Assembly (NCBI GenBank): GCA_049325335.1
Contig: JBMOMC010000043.1
Coordinates: 373,852 to 437,851, forward strand
Length of the DNA stretch: 64,000 nt
Reading direction: 5' to 3'
DNA from: Nitrospirota bacterium
GTDB lineage: Bacteria > Nitrospirota > Nitrospiria > 2-01-FULL-66-17
Shown one piece after another: positions 1 to 11,428 of this stretch (its first letter is position 1; every line of letters starts with the position of its first letter). Position numbers and translations under genes: made by a program. The notes under the pieces were generated by a model that saw only the letters and a program-made list of their open reading frames with translations, did not search any database and was not told where the DNA came from.

Positions 1-23
1 CCGTGCGAATCGAGTCGGCATTT

Positions 24-1247
24 TTAGAGGCAGATCACGTCCTGTCCCGGATACCGCAGAGAGAGAAACAGCAGGAGATAGTCCCGCAGATGCCGTGTCA
101 GCAAGAAGTGCTCCCGCACGTGCTCGCGGCCCTGTTCTCCAAGGCGTTGCGCGTAGTCCGGCTCGCTCAACAGTTGTTTGATCCAGTAGGCCGTGCCTTC
201 GATCGAGTGCGTCAATATGCCGGTGCGGCGGTGCGCCACTTGCAGCGGAATGCCGCCCACCGCGCCGGCAATGACCGGCTTGCCTTTCCAGAGGGCTTCG
301 GACACGGTCAGCCCGAAACCTTCCTTGATGGATTTCTGAATGATGAGCGTCGATGCCCGTTGGATGGCATTGATTTCCAGATGGCTGGTGGGAGGAAGTG
401 CCCGCACGATGACGTCCTCGTCATGCTGCGCGCGCTCTTGCACCGCGGCCAGGACCTGGGCGCCTTCCGGATCATCGTCGGCCGAACCGCCGACCAGCAG
501 CAGTCGGGCGTCAACGTACGCACGAGCCAGCCGAAACGCATCGATGACGCCCAGCGGGTCTTTCAACCAGTCAAAACGGGAGACCTGGGTGACCAACGGC
601 TTGTCCAGCGGGATGTCGAGTCGATCCATGACGGCGGCGATCGTCTCGGGTGGGAGGTCTCGATTTTTCTCGCTGAGCGGATCGATCGACGGAGCGATGA
701 GCACCTGACGCACGCGGAGCCGCTGCGCGAACGACGGCGCCGAGAACACGGCGGCGTTGTACTGTTCGATCAACGGCGCGAGGAACGCCCAGACTCGCGG
801 GTCCGGTCTGGACACGTCGAGATGACACCGCCAGATCCAGCGGCCTCCCGCTGCGGGCTTGCGCGCCACGAGGCCCGCGGGTTGCGGGTCGTGGATAAAG
901 ACCACGTCGTGGTCCAACGCCATCTGCGCCAGGTTCTCTTCCTGGGCCGCCCGGTACGCGTCAAAGTCATCGTCGGTAAACGACTGGGCCACGCCGTGCA
1001 ATGCGTTGTGGAACTTCTTGGTCACGTCGAAGAACCGATCCCCCCCTTTGATCACTTGCCACTCGGTGTGAACCCCGAGTTGGTTGAGGAGCGGCACCAT
1101 CCGTGTGAGGATCTCCGCGACGCCCCCGCCCACCGGCGTGGAGTTCACGTGACAGACGGAACTACCGCGCAGACGATCCGCCAACAATTGGATCTCGTCG
1201 GTCACGGCTTCCCCGACGACGGAGACGTAGTCTTCGAAGCGGATCAT
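24..1247 (-). CDS. treT: GT4 glycosyltransferase, TreT-like trehalose synthase
   Basis: Motifs HVNSTPVGGGVAEIL, IHDPQP, WRCHLD, QVSRFDWLKDPLGVI and EGFGLTVSEALWK are typical of TreT-like enzymes. Start reassigned to ATG 1247, which overlaps the upstream stop (ATGA). Confidence 0.85.
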   Translation of the reverse strand: MIRFEDYVSVVGEAVTDEIQLLADRLRGSSVCHVNSTPVGGGVAEILTRMVPLLNQLGVHTEWQVIKGGDRFFDVTKKFHNALHGVAQSFTDDDFDAYRAAQEENLAQMALDHDVVFIHDPQPAGLVARKPAAGGRWIWRCHLDVSRPDPRVWAFLAPLIEQYNAAVFSAPSFAQRLRVRQVLIAPSIDPLSEKNRDLPPETIAAVMDRLDIPLDKPLVTQVSRFDWLKDPLGVIDAFRLARAYVDARLLLVGGSADDDPEGAQVLAAVQERAQHDEDVIVRALPPTSHLEINAIQRASTLIIQKSIKEGFGLTVSEALWKGKPVIAGAVGGIPLQVAHRRTGILTHSIEGTAYWIKQLLSEPDYAQRLGEQGREHVREHFLLTRHLRDYLLLFLSLRYPGQDVICL

Positions 1248-1918
1248 GCCGTCTCCTGTTCGCGAATGCGCTGTGCAGTCAGGCGGGCGATGCGACGACG
1301 CAACCCCTCCAGGGTCTGCGTGTAGGGGTCCATCCCGGCGATGGACCGAGCCAGGGAGTGTTCGCCCAGCGAGTGCTCCATCCATGCGGAAAAGTCGTTT
1401 CGTTCGCGCTTGAGGCGCAGCCGCGCATCGATCATGTGGTGGTAGAGGGAATGGACGGAGACCTTCTGCAGCCCGTCGAGGAATTCGCCGAGGGTGCTCG
1501 CCTGGTAGGGGGTGGGAAGGATGACGTTCACGGCTTTCATGAAATGAAATTCGCCGTTGTCCGGCGCCACGCGTTGGACCGTGGCGTTGGCCACATATCG
1601 CTCAAGAATGCCGATCAGTGCGTCACGCAGCGTTTCGAGGGAGTGAAACCGGACGATGTCCACCGCGGCAAATTGTTCGCCAAGCCGCCGTTCACCGAGC
1701 ATCTCCGCGGTCCAGTACGCGAAATCGTTGGGCGGTTCCGGCGACACGAATTGGTGGTCGTTCACGAATCGATGGGTGTGTTGGTAGATCACGCCCACGG
1801 GCACTACCCGCAGGTGATTGAGCAATTCCTCTATTGTCCGCGCTGAGAGGCCGGTCAGTTCAACTTGAACGATCTGGGTGACGAATCGAAACGGCTCAAC
1901 GGCGATCGGTGTCATCAT
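1244..1918 (-). CDS. DUF5752-like (OrfY-like) protein with internal duplication
   Basis: Two similar halves (PFRF...IYQH...NDFAYW..LGE and EFHF...LYHH...NDFSAW..LGE). Lies between TPP and the TreT-like gene with ATGA overlaps. Confidence 0.75.
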   Translation of the reverse strand: MMTPIAVEPFRFVTQIVQVELTGLSARTIEELLNHLRVVPVGVIYQHTHRFVNDHQFVSPEPPNDFAYWTAEMLGERRLGEQFAAVDIVRFHSLETLRDALIGILERYVANATVQRVAPDNGEFHFMKAVNVILPTPYQASTLGEFLDGLQKVSVHSLYHHMIDARLRLKRERNDFSAWMEHSLGEHSLARSIAGMDPYTQTLEGLRRRIARLTAQRIREQETA

Positions 1919-2736
1919 GACGGACGCTCTCCCAGATCAGCCGTGTTGAGCCATTGTTCGATAAAGCGTCGAACGTGATCCGGACTGGGCAAACAGTATC
2001 GCGCGGCGCTGCGGCGCGGCGGGCCCACCAAGATGCCGATCCCGTCGCGCCGGATGGCGCGGAAGGCGTCCTCGTCGGTCGTGTCGTCTCCCAGGTAGAC
2101 CGGGGTGCGACCGGTCAAGGTTGGGTGGTCGATCAGCCACCGCACCGCAGCGCCTTTGTGCCAGCCACCAAGCGGCCGCAACTCGAGAACGGCTTTCCCC
2201 CGGACCACGCGCAAGCGGCCGTTGGCCGTCGGTAGGGCGAGTCGCTCGCAAAGCGTGGGCAGCCAACGTCGGCGCTCCGCCGGGGCCACGAGCCGATGGT
2301 GGATGCTGGCGGTCGGTCCCTTCCGCTCGATCAGCACGCCCGGCGGCGCGTCGGACTCGATCGCGGTCAGCAGACGATCGAGCTCGCGCGGCCAGGCCGC
2401 CGGAAGCGGTATGCGGTATCGCACCCCGGGCCCGGAGATCTCCAGGCCGTGGTTCCCCACATAGTAGAGCGAGGGTACGCCCACCAGTTTCCGCAACGCG
2501 CTTCGTGCGCGTCCGCTGACAATCGCGACCGGAAGACGCCGGGCCAGGGCGCTCAGGAGCCGACGGCCGGCCTCGTCAAGGACGGCCTGATCCGGGTGCG
2601 GCGCGATTGGAACCAACGTCCCGTCGTAGTCCAAGCACAAGAGGATTGAGCGCGTCATCAGCCGCTTCGCCAATACCGCGGGCCTGACCCTGATGGGTCG
2701 CCCGGCGGCGCGCCCGGGCGCGGGCACGACCGCCAT
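1915..2736 (-). CDS. otsB: Trehalose-6-phosphate phosphatase (HAD)
   Basis: LDYDGTL, IVSGR, GNHGLE, KGAAV and YLGDDTTDEDAF motifs. Start ATG 2736 or GTG 2739 overlaps the otsA stop. Confidence 0.92.
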   Translation of the reverse strand: MAVVPAPGRAAGRPIRVRPAVLAKRLMTRSILLCLDYDGTLVPIAPHPDQAVLDEAGRRLLSALARRLPVAIVSGRARSALRKLVGVPSLYYVGNHGLEISGPGVRYRIPLPAAWPRELDRLLTAIESDAPPGVLIERKGPTASIHHRLVAPAERRRWLPTLCERLALPTANGRLRVVRGKAVLELRPLGGWHKGAAVRWLIDHPTLTGRTPVYLGDDTTDEDAFRAIRRDGIGILVGPPRRSAARYCLPSPDHVRRFIEQWLNTADLGERPS

Positions 2737-4976
2737 CACGTCCCGCCAAAGGGCTCGGAAGCCGCCACGCGGACTTCCGCGACATCCGCGACGAGATTTG
2801 CCGCCCACCGATAGATGTTGGACGTGCGGATCTGCTCGCGCATCGCGGACATTCGCCGGTTCTGTTCGTCCGTCGGCATGCCCAGCGCGTACGCGATCGC
2901 GTCGGCGAGTTGTTCCGTGTCGTAGGGGTTGACGATCAGCGCAGTGGCGAGTTCTCGCGCGGCGCCGGTAAACGGACTCAGGATGAGGGCCCCGGAGTCA
3001 TCGTCCCGAGCGCTGACGTATTCCTTAGCGACGAGGTTCATGCCGTCATGCAACGAAGTCACCATACAGACGTCCGCGATTCGGTACCACTTGAGAATGT
3101 CGCGGTGGGTGTGGTGTCCCTTAAGAAAGAGCAGCGGGGTCCAGGTTTTGGTGCGGAATCGCCACGTGATGCGGTCCGATTCCGCGTCGAGCTCGCTTAC
3201 CAGGTCGTGATAGCGTGGAATGTGCGTGCGGCTCGGTGCGCCGAGTTCCACGAACGTGAAGCGCTCGCGGAACTCCGGATATTTGTCGAAGAACCGTTCG
3301 ATGCCACGAAACCGCTCGGCAAGGCCTTTTGTGTAGTCCAGCCGATCCACCCCCACGCCTACGCGCACGGTGGGCGGGAGCCCGAATTCCTTGAGTAGGA
3401 TCTCGCGCGCGTCCGGGCCCGGTGCGGGATCGGACCATGGGGCCACGCTGATCGGGTACGGCCTCACCAACGCGGTCTGCTGCTCGCGGGCGACGGCGAA
3501 TCGCTCGCGGTCGATGCGGCACTCCAGGGCGCGGTCGACCGTGTCGAGAAAATTATTGCAGTGAAACTGGATGTGAAAACCGATCAGGTCCGCACCCAGC
3601 ATGCCGTGCAGGATCTCTCGCTGCCACGGGCAGATCGCCATGGCTTCGGGATTGGGCCATGGAATGTGCCAGAACAAACCGACGCGTGCGTCAGGACGCG
3701 CGGTTTTGATCAAGCGCGGCAGGAGCGCGAAGTGATAGTCCTGGATCAACACCACCGGTTCCGGGCTCTCTTCGATCTCGCGCAGCACGGCGTCGGCAAA
3801 CTTGGCGTTGACCGCCTGGTACGCGGCCCAATCGTCGCTCCGAAAGGTCGGCCGCGTATGGGCGATGTGACACAACGGCCAGAGCCCTTCGTTGGAGAAT
3901 CCGTAGTAGTATCCCTGCTCCTCGTCTTTGCTCAGCCACACGCGCTTGAGCGTGTACGCGGGCTCGTCGGGCGGAACGCGCACGCGGTCGTGCTCGTCCA
4001 CGGTGAGCAAGTCCGCGTCTCCGCTGCCGTGCGCGACCCACAATCCTTCGGATGCGCGCATAACGGGTTCGAGTGCCGTGACCAATCCGCTCGCCGGCAC
4101 GACCCACTCGACGGCCTTGCCCCGGCGCATGTGGATATAGGGCTCGCGGTTGGACACGAGGACGAACGCCCGGCTTTCGAGTTTGGTGCGCACGAACTCC
4201 TTGAGGCGTTCCGCGGTCCACAGGGATTCGGACGTCAGGCGAAGCCGCGCCTCCTGTTCGGCCGAGGCGCGGGCTTGGGCCAGGCTGGAGACCATGCGCG
4301 CGGCTTCCGACGCCAAGGGTTTGAAGAAGGACTCAGGTACCGGGGGCTTCCCGACCGGGACCTGGCCCAGACGGAGTTGTTTCATCCATTCGGCCATGCG
4401 CGCGATGGGACCGTGGATGCTCCACCGGACGACGAGCAACGTGGTGAGGGCGACGGCAAACGCGTAGGTCAGCAGACGCAAAAAGCTGTTGGTCCAGATT
4501 TGCTTCATGCGGTCACGGATGTATTGGGCGTCGTGAACCACGGCGAGCACGCCGACGTTCTGTTCCCCTTCGATCAGCGGCAGTGCATACACGTGGAGCA
4601 GCCGACCATCGCGCTCAATCAACTCGCCGTGGTCGCGTCCCGAGTCCAAGACGGATCGGGTATCGACGAAGAACGTGGGCGTGGACAGCGCGGCGGTTGC
4701 CACGAGCGGCGCTCCGGTCGGGTCGAACACCGCAATGCCGACCAGTTGTTCCCGGTTGCCGAATCGGTCCACGATCCGACGGAGCGAACGTGTCTGGTGG
4801 TTCGCCAGGGCCGGCGCCACGGTCTCCTGGAGACTCTCCCCCACGAGTTGCGCGCGCCGTAACAAATCATTCTCGGATCGGTCATATTCGCGCCGTGTCT
4901 GGCTGAACGTGAAGACGACGACCGCCGCGGTTAGCACGACCACGAGTGACACGATGAGACGCAGCGAAATCTTCAT
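2736..4976 (-). CDS. otsA: Trehalose-6-phosphate synthase (GT20) with N-terminal TM-periplasmic-TM-HAMP-like extension
   Basis: C-terminal ~480 aa has VSNREP, YYYGFSNEGLWPLCH, QDYH, WHIPWP, VDRLDYTKG and DGMNLVAKEY. N-terminal ~250 aa has two hydrophobic helices flanking a soluble domain. Confidence 0.92.
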   Translation of the reverse strand: MKISLRLIVSLVVVLTAAVVVFTFSQTRREYDRSENDLLRRAQLVGESLQETVAPALANHQTRSLRRIVDRFGNREQLVGIAVFDPTGAPLVATAALSTPTFFVDTRSVLDSGRDHGELIERDGRLLHVYALPLIEGEQNVGVLAVVHDAQYIRDRMKQIWTNSFLRLLTYAFAVALTTLLVVRWSIHGPIARMAEWMKQLRLGQVPVGKPPVPESFFKPLASEAARMVSSLAQARASAEQEARLRLTSESLWTAERLKEFVRTKLESRAFVLVSNREPYIHMRRGKAVEWVVPASGLVTALEPVMRASEGLWVAHGSGDADLLTVDEHDRVRVPPDEPAYTLKRVWLSKDEEQGYYYGFSNEGLWPLCHIAHTRPTFRSDDWAAYQAVNAKFADAVLREIEESPEPVVLIQDYHFALLPRLIKTARPDARVGLFWHIPWPNPEAMAICPWQREILHGMLGADLIGFHIQFHCNNFLDTVDRALECRIDRERFAVAREQQTALVRPYPISVAPWSDPAPGPDAREILLKEFGLPPTVRVGVGVDRLDYTKGLAERFRGIERFFDKYPEFRERFTFVELGAPSRTHIPRYHDLVSELDAESDRITWRFRTKTWTPLLFLKGHHTHRDILKWYRIADVCMVTSLHDGMNLVAKEYVSARDDDSGALILSPFTGAARELATALIVNPYDTEQLADAIAYALGMPTDEQNRRMSAMREQIRTSNIYRWAANLVADVAEVRVAASEPFGGT

Positions 4977-6040
4977 GCGCCCTCTCTTGCCGCCGATCCG
5001 GTGATCGGCCCCTGCTCTTCGCCGTGCACGTACACGGTGCGCGACGGGTATGGGATCTCGATGCCCTCGGCTCGGAATCGTTTGAGGATTCGTAAACGCA
5101 ACTCGTGCTGCACCAGGTATTGATCGACGAATTCGCGGACCTGGCAGATCAACGTCCAGTCCAACGACGACTGACCGAAGCCAGGAATGAATCGAACAAA
5201 CGGCGCGGGATTTGCCAATAAGCCGGGAACCTGCCCTGCGGCGTGAGTGGCTTCTTCGACCAAGATTCGTTGCACCAGCGCGGTATCCGAGTCATACGAT
5301 ACGCTGATCGGAATCAGCAACGCCATGCTCTTGTCGGGCAGGCTGTAGTTAAGGATTCGTGCTTGCGCGAGTTTGTTGTTGGGGATGATCACGACGTTGT
5401 TGGGCAGCAGGCGAATGCGCGTGGTGCGCCACCCGATGTCGCTGACCGATCCCTCCTCCCCGCTCTCGAGTTTGATGACGTCGCCCACCCGGATCGACTT
5501 TTCCATCAAGATGTGAATCCCGGCAAAGAGGTTGGAGAGCGTGTCCTGCAACGCCAAGGCAAGGGCCAAGCCGCCCACGCCCAACGCGGTCAGGATCGGC
5601 GCGATGGAGACGCCGAGGGTGCCGAGCAGGATCAGCACGCCGAGCGAGATGATGACGCCCTTGACCACCACTTGGGTCAGCCCGGCGACCGGCAGCTCCG
5701 CGCGCTCGGCCGCGTAGCGCAGCGCGTGCGACGCGATGTTGGCGGCGACGAAGGTGAACGAGAGGATGACCAATGCGTGCAGGATCGAAAACGAGACCTG
5801 GATGATGCGCGGGGGCAGCACGGAGGTGCCGATGCCGACATACAGACCCAGGGCGATTGCCCACGAAATCGACGGCCCGCGAATCACGCTGAGGAACAGA
5901 TCATCCAGCGCGGTCTCGGTCTTCGCGGCCCAGCGGCGGAACAGGGCGAGCAGGAGGCGACGTGCGAAGAGCGCGGTGCCGGCCACCGCGATAAAAATGG
6001 CGGCCGAGGTCGCGATCTGGCGGAGCGTGGTGGGATCCAT
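4973..6040 (-). CDS. Small-conductance mechanosensitive channel (MscS family)
   Basis: ALGVGGLALALALQDTLSNLFAG, GDVI...IGWRTT and IPNNKL motifs; several TM helices. Confidence 0.92.
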   Translation of the reverse strand: MDPTTLRQIATSAAIFIAVAGTALFARRLLLALFRRWAAKTETALDDLFLSVIRGPSISWAIALGLYVGIGTSVLPPRIIQVSFSILHALVILSFTFVAANIASHALRYAAERAELPVAGLTQVVVKGVIISLGVLILLGTLGVSIAPILTALGVGGLALALALQDTLSNLFAGIHILMEKSIRVGDVIKLESGEEGSVSDIGWRTTRIRLLPNNVVIIPNNKLAQARILNYSLPDKSMALLIPISVSYDSDTALVQRILVEEATHAAGQVPGLLANPAPFVRFIPGFGQSSLDWTLICQVREFVDQYLVQHELRLRILKRFRAEGIEIPYPSRTVYVHGEEQGPITGSAAREGA

Positions 6041-6160
6041 GCGAGGTCTCCGACTGAAAATGATATGGAAACGTGCGCTGTCTAGCGCATCGGCCGCGAC
6101 GAAGTCAAGGGACGGCGGTCGATCGCGTGCGCGACATCCGTGCGGGTGCGAGCCGAGGGG

Positions 6161-7294
6161 TTACTGGAGTAATGCCAGCACGGTGTCGCCGTAGCGAGCG
6201 ACCTGCCAGCGGCGGACGCCGGGGACCGCGGCCAATGTTTCGATGGCCCTGGGCCACGCGCGCACGATCGACTTGAGTTGGTCCGTGGACAAGATCATGG
6301 CGGGTTCCACGCCTTCCTCCCTGGCCTGGTTGCCGCGCCAGACGCGAAGGCGCGCGAACGCGCGTTCTTGCGCCGCGCTGAACGGTTCCTGTCGAACCCC
6401 CGCGCGTTGGGGCAGCGGGGTGGGGTCGGCCAAGCCCTCGCGGATCGCTTCGATCCATCGCAAGGGCTCCCGTCGAGCGGGCGCGGAGGCGGAGGGAAAG
6501 AGCGCATCCAGCTCGGCGGGCGTTTGAGGTTGCTGCAGGGCCAACGTCAATAAGTCTTCGCCGGAGATGACTTTGAACGGCGGCCGGTTCAGGCGTTTGG
6601 CCATGCGGTCGCGCACCACGGCCAACGCGCGCAGGGCGCGTTGCGCGGGCGGGGGCAGCAGGGGGGCGCCTTTGATCCGCACGTAGTCGTCGGGGTGGAA
6701 CGCGCGGCCGGTCCACTCGCGCCGGCTCATCCACTCGCCTTCCTCCTCGACCTGGGCGAGTCGCCCTTTGGCTTCGACTTCCTTGCGCATGATCTCGTGC
6801 AGAGGAGGCAGGTACTGAGTGTCTTTAGCCGCGTAGTCGAGCAGGTCAGGCGCGAGCGGGCGTTTGGACCAATGGGCTTTCTGGTATTTTTTCTCCAGGG
6901 TGACGCCGAAGTACCGTTGGAGCAAATCTCCCAACGAGTATTTGGGTTCTCCCGCGGCCTGCGCGGCCAAACAGGTGTCGAAAATCGTGACGATGGTGAA
7001 CCCGAAGTCACGTTTGAGCCCCACCACGTCGTAATCCGACCCATGGAAGACCTTCAGAATCGAGGGGTCCGCGAAGAGAGGGGCGAGGGGTTGAACGTCC
7101 GCCAGCAGCAAGGGATCGATCACCGCGGTAAATCGTCCGTCGCTCATCTGAATGAGTGACACGCGTTCTTGATACGCGTGCAGCGAATCGGACTCGGTAT
7201 CCACCCCTACCACGCTGGCGCGGCGCAAGATGGCCGCGGCTTCAGCCAGGGCGTCGGCGGTGGTGACGTAGACGTAGTCCGTGGGGTCGGTCAT
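6161..7294 (-). CDS. rnd: Ribonuclease D-like 3'-5' exonuclease with HRDC domains
   Basis: VDTE, KVFHGSDYD, FDT, WSKRPL and YAAKDT exonuclease motifs. Start reassigned to ATG 7294; TATAAT on the minus strand at 7374-7379. Confidence 0.85.
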   Translation of the reverse strand: MTDPTDYVYVTTADALAEAAAILRRASVVGVDTESDSLHAYQERVSLIQMSDGRFTAVIDPLLLADVQPLAPLFADPSILKVFHGSDYDVVGLKRDFGFTIVTIFDTCLAAQAAGEPKYSLGDLLQRYFGVTLEKKYQKAHWSKRPLAPDLLDYAAKDTQYLPPLHEIMRKEVEAKGRLAQVEEEGEWMSRREWTGRAFHPDDYVRIKGAPLLPPPAQRALRALAVVRDRMAKRLNRPPFKVISGEDLLTLALQQPQTPAELDALFPSASAPARREPLRWIEAIREGLADPTPLPQRAGVRQEPFSAAQERAFARLRVWRGNQAREEGVEPAMILSTDQLKSIVRAWPRAIETLAAVPGVRRWQVARYGDTVLALLQ

Positions 7295-7474
7295 CAGTGA
7301 GCGTCGGCGTCTGTGATCCGGGACATCGTGCGGCCGCGCGTCGCGGCCGTTGGAAAGCCCTTGATCGACGCGAATTATACCGAATATGGCCGCGGCTTGC
7401 GAGGGCGGCACCACGGGGTGCCGCGGCCGCGCTTATGGTACAATGCGCGCCTGCCGAAACCTCGGAGAGACGAC

Positions 7475-8905
<1,431 letters not shown>

Positions 8906-8972
8906 CGGATTCGACGCCTCATGACAACAGAGTCCACAAATTAGTTGACCGGGCTTACCACCTCGCCTGATT

Positions 8973-8988
8973 ATAGACGCCCGTCTAT
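8973..8988. promoter_or_regulatory. Palindromic operator-like site ATAGACG-CC-CGTCTAT
   Basis: Perfect 7-bp inverted repeat with 2-nt spacer, upstream of the periplasmic protein/DGC operon. Confidence 0.45.
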
Positions 8989-9066
8989 TCCCCGGGCGCC
9001 GTCTTTACTGTTTGATCGGTTGGCATCTCTGGCGTGTGGGGAAAATTTTGTTATGCTTGCCGACCG

Positions 9067-9534
9067 ATGAGACGGAATGGTCTGATCGGATCACTCGGCA
9101 CCCGTGCGACCGCGTGCCTGATCGCGACGCTGATCCTGTGCGGTCTCTCATGGTCGGCGCGTGCGGAATCCATCGCCGTGATCGTCAATGCCGACGGCCC
9201 GCTGGTCGGTCTCACGCGCGCCGACGTGCGGGCGCTGTATCTCGGTGATCGCCAGTTTGTCGGCGCCGAACGGGTGTTGGCCCTCCACCTGCCGGAGGGA
9301 CCGGTCAAGGACGCGTTGCTGCGCGATGTGACCGGCAAGGGGTTAAAGGCATACCGGCTTCATTGGGTGCAGAAAGTCTTCCAAGAGGGTCTGAGCCTTC
9401 CCCGGGTCGTCGGTGCGCCGTCGGCGGTGGTGGCCGAGGTGCAGTCCCATTCCGCCGATATCGGGTACGTGCCTGAGAGCGCGGCCGACGGTGTGCATGG
9501 CATTGCGATTCTGTTCCGGGTTCCGGGGCCATGA
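9067..9534 (+). CDS. Small secreted periplasmic-binding-protein-like accessory protein
   Basis: Signal peptide ending ARA; IAVIVN...LTRADVRALYLG...IGYVP pattern of small PBP-like proteins; ATGA overlap with the DGC. Confidence 0.7.
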   Translation: MRRNGLIGSLGTRATACLIATLILCGLSWSARAESIAVIVNADGPLVGLTRADVRALYLGDRQFVGAERVLALHLPEGPVKDALLRDVTGKGLKAYRLHWVQKVFQEGLSLPRVVGAPSAVVAEVQSHSADIGYVPESAADGVHGIAILFRVPGP

Positions 9535-11336
9535 CCAGGACCAGGACGTCTTCGATCCGGGGCCGTCTCACGGCCATCGTGATTGCCGCCACGTTGCTGG
9601 CGGTCGGCGTGGTGGCGGTGCTGATGTACGTGATCGGCGATTTGTCTCGCACCGTGCAGGAGTTGGACCGACTCACGGTCCGCGTCGAACTGACGAATCG
9701 CCTCCAATTGGAACTCAGCCGGCTGTTGATCCCCCTCAATGCCTACTTGCTCACGGAAGACCTGTCCCGTCGTGACGCGTTCGATCAATCGATCGAGGAG
9801 ATTTCCCGCCTTTTGAACGACTTGCCGCGGGACCAGGCCGACGGCCAATGGCGAACCGTGGCCCAGGAGGTTCAGGGCCGCGTGACCCAGCTCAGTCTGT
9901 TGGCCGTGGAGGTCCTGTTCGTCGACCAACCGCTCGGCAACCCGCAGGTGATCCGACTCATGGACCGAGTCAATCGGTTGTCGGATGACACGATCAGTCA
10001 GGCCGCGCGCTTTCATGAATTGGCCGCACAGGAGATCGAAGCGCGACGGCAGCGCGCGGCGATCCAGTCCGTGCAGGTGAACCGGTTGCTGGCCGGAGTG
10101 GTGATTCTGGCGCCGCTGGCGCTCGTCGTGTTCTATCTGCTATTGACCCGGTGGGTGACGGTGCGCTTGAGCGCGCTCTCGCAGGGTGTGTTGGCCCTCC
10201 GATCCGGCCGCGCCGCGCGCCTGCCCGTGCACGCGCGCGACGAGATGGGCGAGGTCGCGGGCGCGATCAACGAACTGGCCGACCATCTCGCGGTTTCGCG
10301 CGAGGAGGCGCAGCGACGGACGCGCCAATTGGAGGCGGTGTACCGGGCCAATCAAACGTTGAGCAAGCAAAGTTCGCGCGAGGGGCTGTTCCACTCGCTC
10401 ACTGCGCTGGTACGATCCGAACTCAATATTCCATACGCGGCGCTGGCGGTGTTCGACGAGCGTGGGCAACTCGACCAGTTGATCGAGTCCGGCGTGCCCC
10501 CCGTGCTGCGTTGGAGCGAGCCGGATCGGCGGGCCATGATCGCCCTCCTGCCGCGTGAAGACCGGCCGTTGCGGTTCGCCAACCACGAGTCCGAGACGTG
10601 GATGCCGCGAGTCCCCGGTCCACCGGTGACGTCGCTGATGGCCGTCCCGGTGTTGGTCGAATCGCGCCAGCGGGCGTGGTTATATCTGTTCCAAACCCGT
10701 GACGAGACGTTCTCCGACGAGGACGAGGGCCTCGTGTTGACGATCGCCGCGGACGCCGGCCAGTCGCTCAAGGTGATCGCGTTACACGAGGAGGCCGAAC
10801 GGTTGGCGTCGATCGACGCGCTGACCGGGTTCATCAATCGAGCCGCGTTTGAAGACCGGCTCGGCCAGGAATTTTCCCGCGGGGCGCGCCACGGCCGTCC
10901 GTTCGCGTTGGTGTTCATCGACTTGGATCACCTCAAGACGATCAACGATCGCTTCGGCCACGCGGTCGGCGACGCCGCGATTCGTCGCTTCTGCGACGCG
11001 ATCCGCGACGTCATTCGCGCGACCGACGTGGTCGGGCGATACGGGGGGGACGAAATCCTGGTGCTCATGCCGGAGACCGATCTGCGCGAGGCCCTGCAGG
11101 CGGGCAACCGTATCTTGTCCCGGGTGGTCGGTTCTCCCCTTGCCGTGGAGCGCGAGCAAGTCGCGCTCTCGGCCAGCATCGGCATCGCGATCTTTCCCGA
11201 GCACGGCCGCGACAAGGAGGCGTTGTTACGGGCGGCCGACTTCGCGCTGTACCAGGCGAAAGCTGCGGGACGCGGACGCGTTCATGCCGTCACCCCGTCG
11301 GCGCCCCGCGCCGCCGATGGGTCGCAAGCGGCGTAA
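9531..11336 (+). CDS. Membrane diguanylate cyclase (TM-periplasmic-TM-HAMP-GAF-GGDEF)
   Basis: DALTG, IDLDHLKTINDRFGHAVGD, RATD I-site followed by RYGGDEI; HAMP motif RDEMGEVAGAIN. Confidence 0.9.
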   Translation: MTRTRTSSIRGRLTAIVIAATLLAVGVVAVLMYVIGDLSRTVQELDRLTVRVELTNRLQLELSRLLIPLNAYLLTEDLSRRDAFDQSIEEISRLLNDLPRDQADGQWRTVAQEVQGRVTQLSLLAVEVLFVDQPLGNPQVIRLMDRVNRLSDDTISQAARFHELAAQEIEARRQRAAIQSVQVNRLLAGVVILAPLALVVFYLLLTRWVTVRLSALSQGVLALRSGRAARLPVHARDEMGEVAGAINELADHLAVSREEAQRRTRQLEAVYRANQTLSKQSSREGLFHSLTALVRSELNIPYAALAVFDERGQLDQLIESGVPPVLRWSEPDRRAMIALLPREDRPLRFANHESETWMPRVPGPPVTSLMAVPVLVESRQRAWLYLFQTRDETFSDEDEGLVLTIAADAGQSLKVIALHEEAERLASIDALTGFINRAAFEDRLGQEFSRGARHGRPFALVFIDLDHLKTINDRFGHAVGDAAIRRFCDAIRDVIRATDVVGRYGGDEILVLMPETDLREALQAGNRILSRVVGSPLAVEREQVALSASIGIAIFPEHGRDKEALLRAADFALYQAKAAGRGRVHAVTPSAPRAADGSQAA

Positions 11337-11428
11337 TTTCCCGCGCCGAACGGACGGCGCGTTGCTCCGCTCCCCGTAGTGTCGCCTGCGGCGACGGTTT
11401 TCAGGCGCACCCTTGGCGCGCTGCGCGT

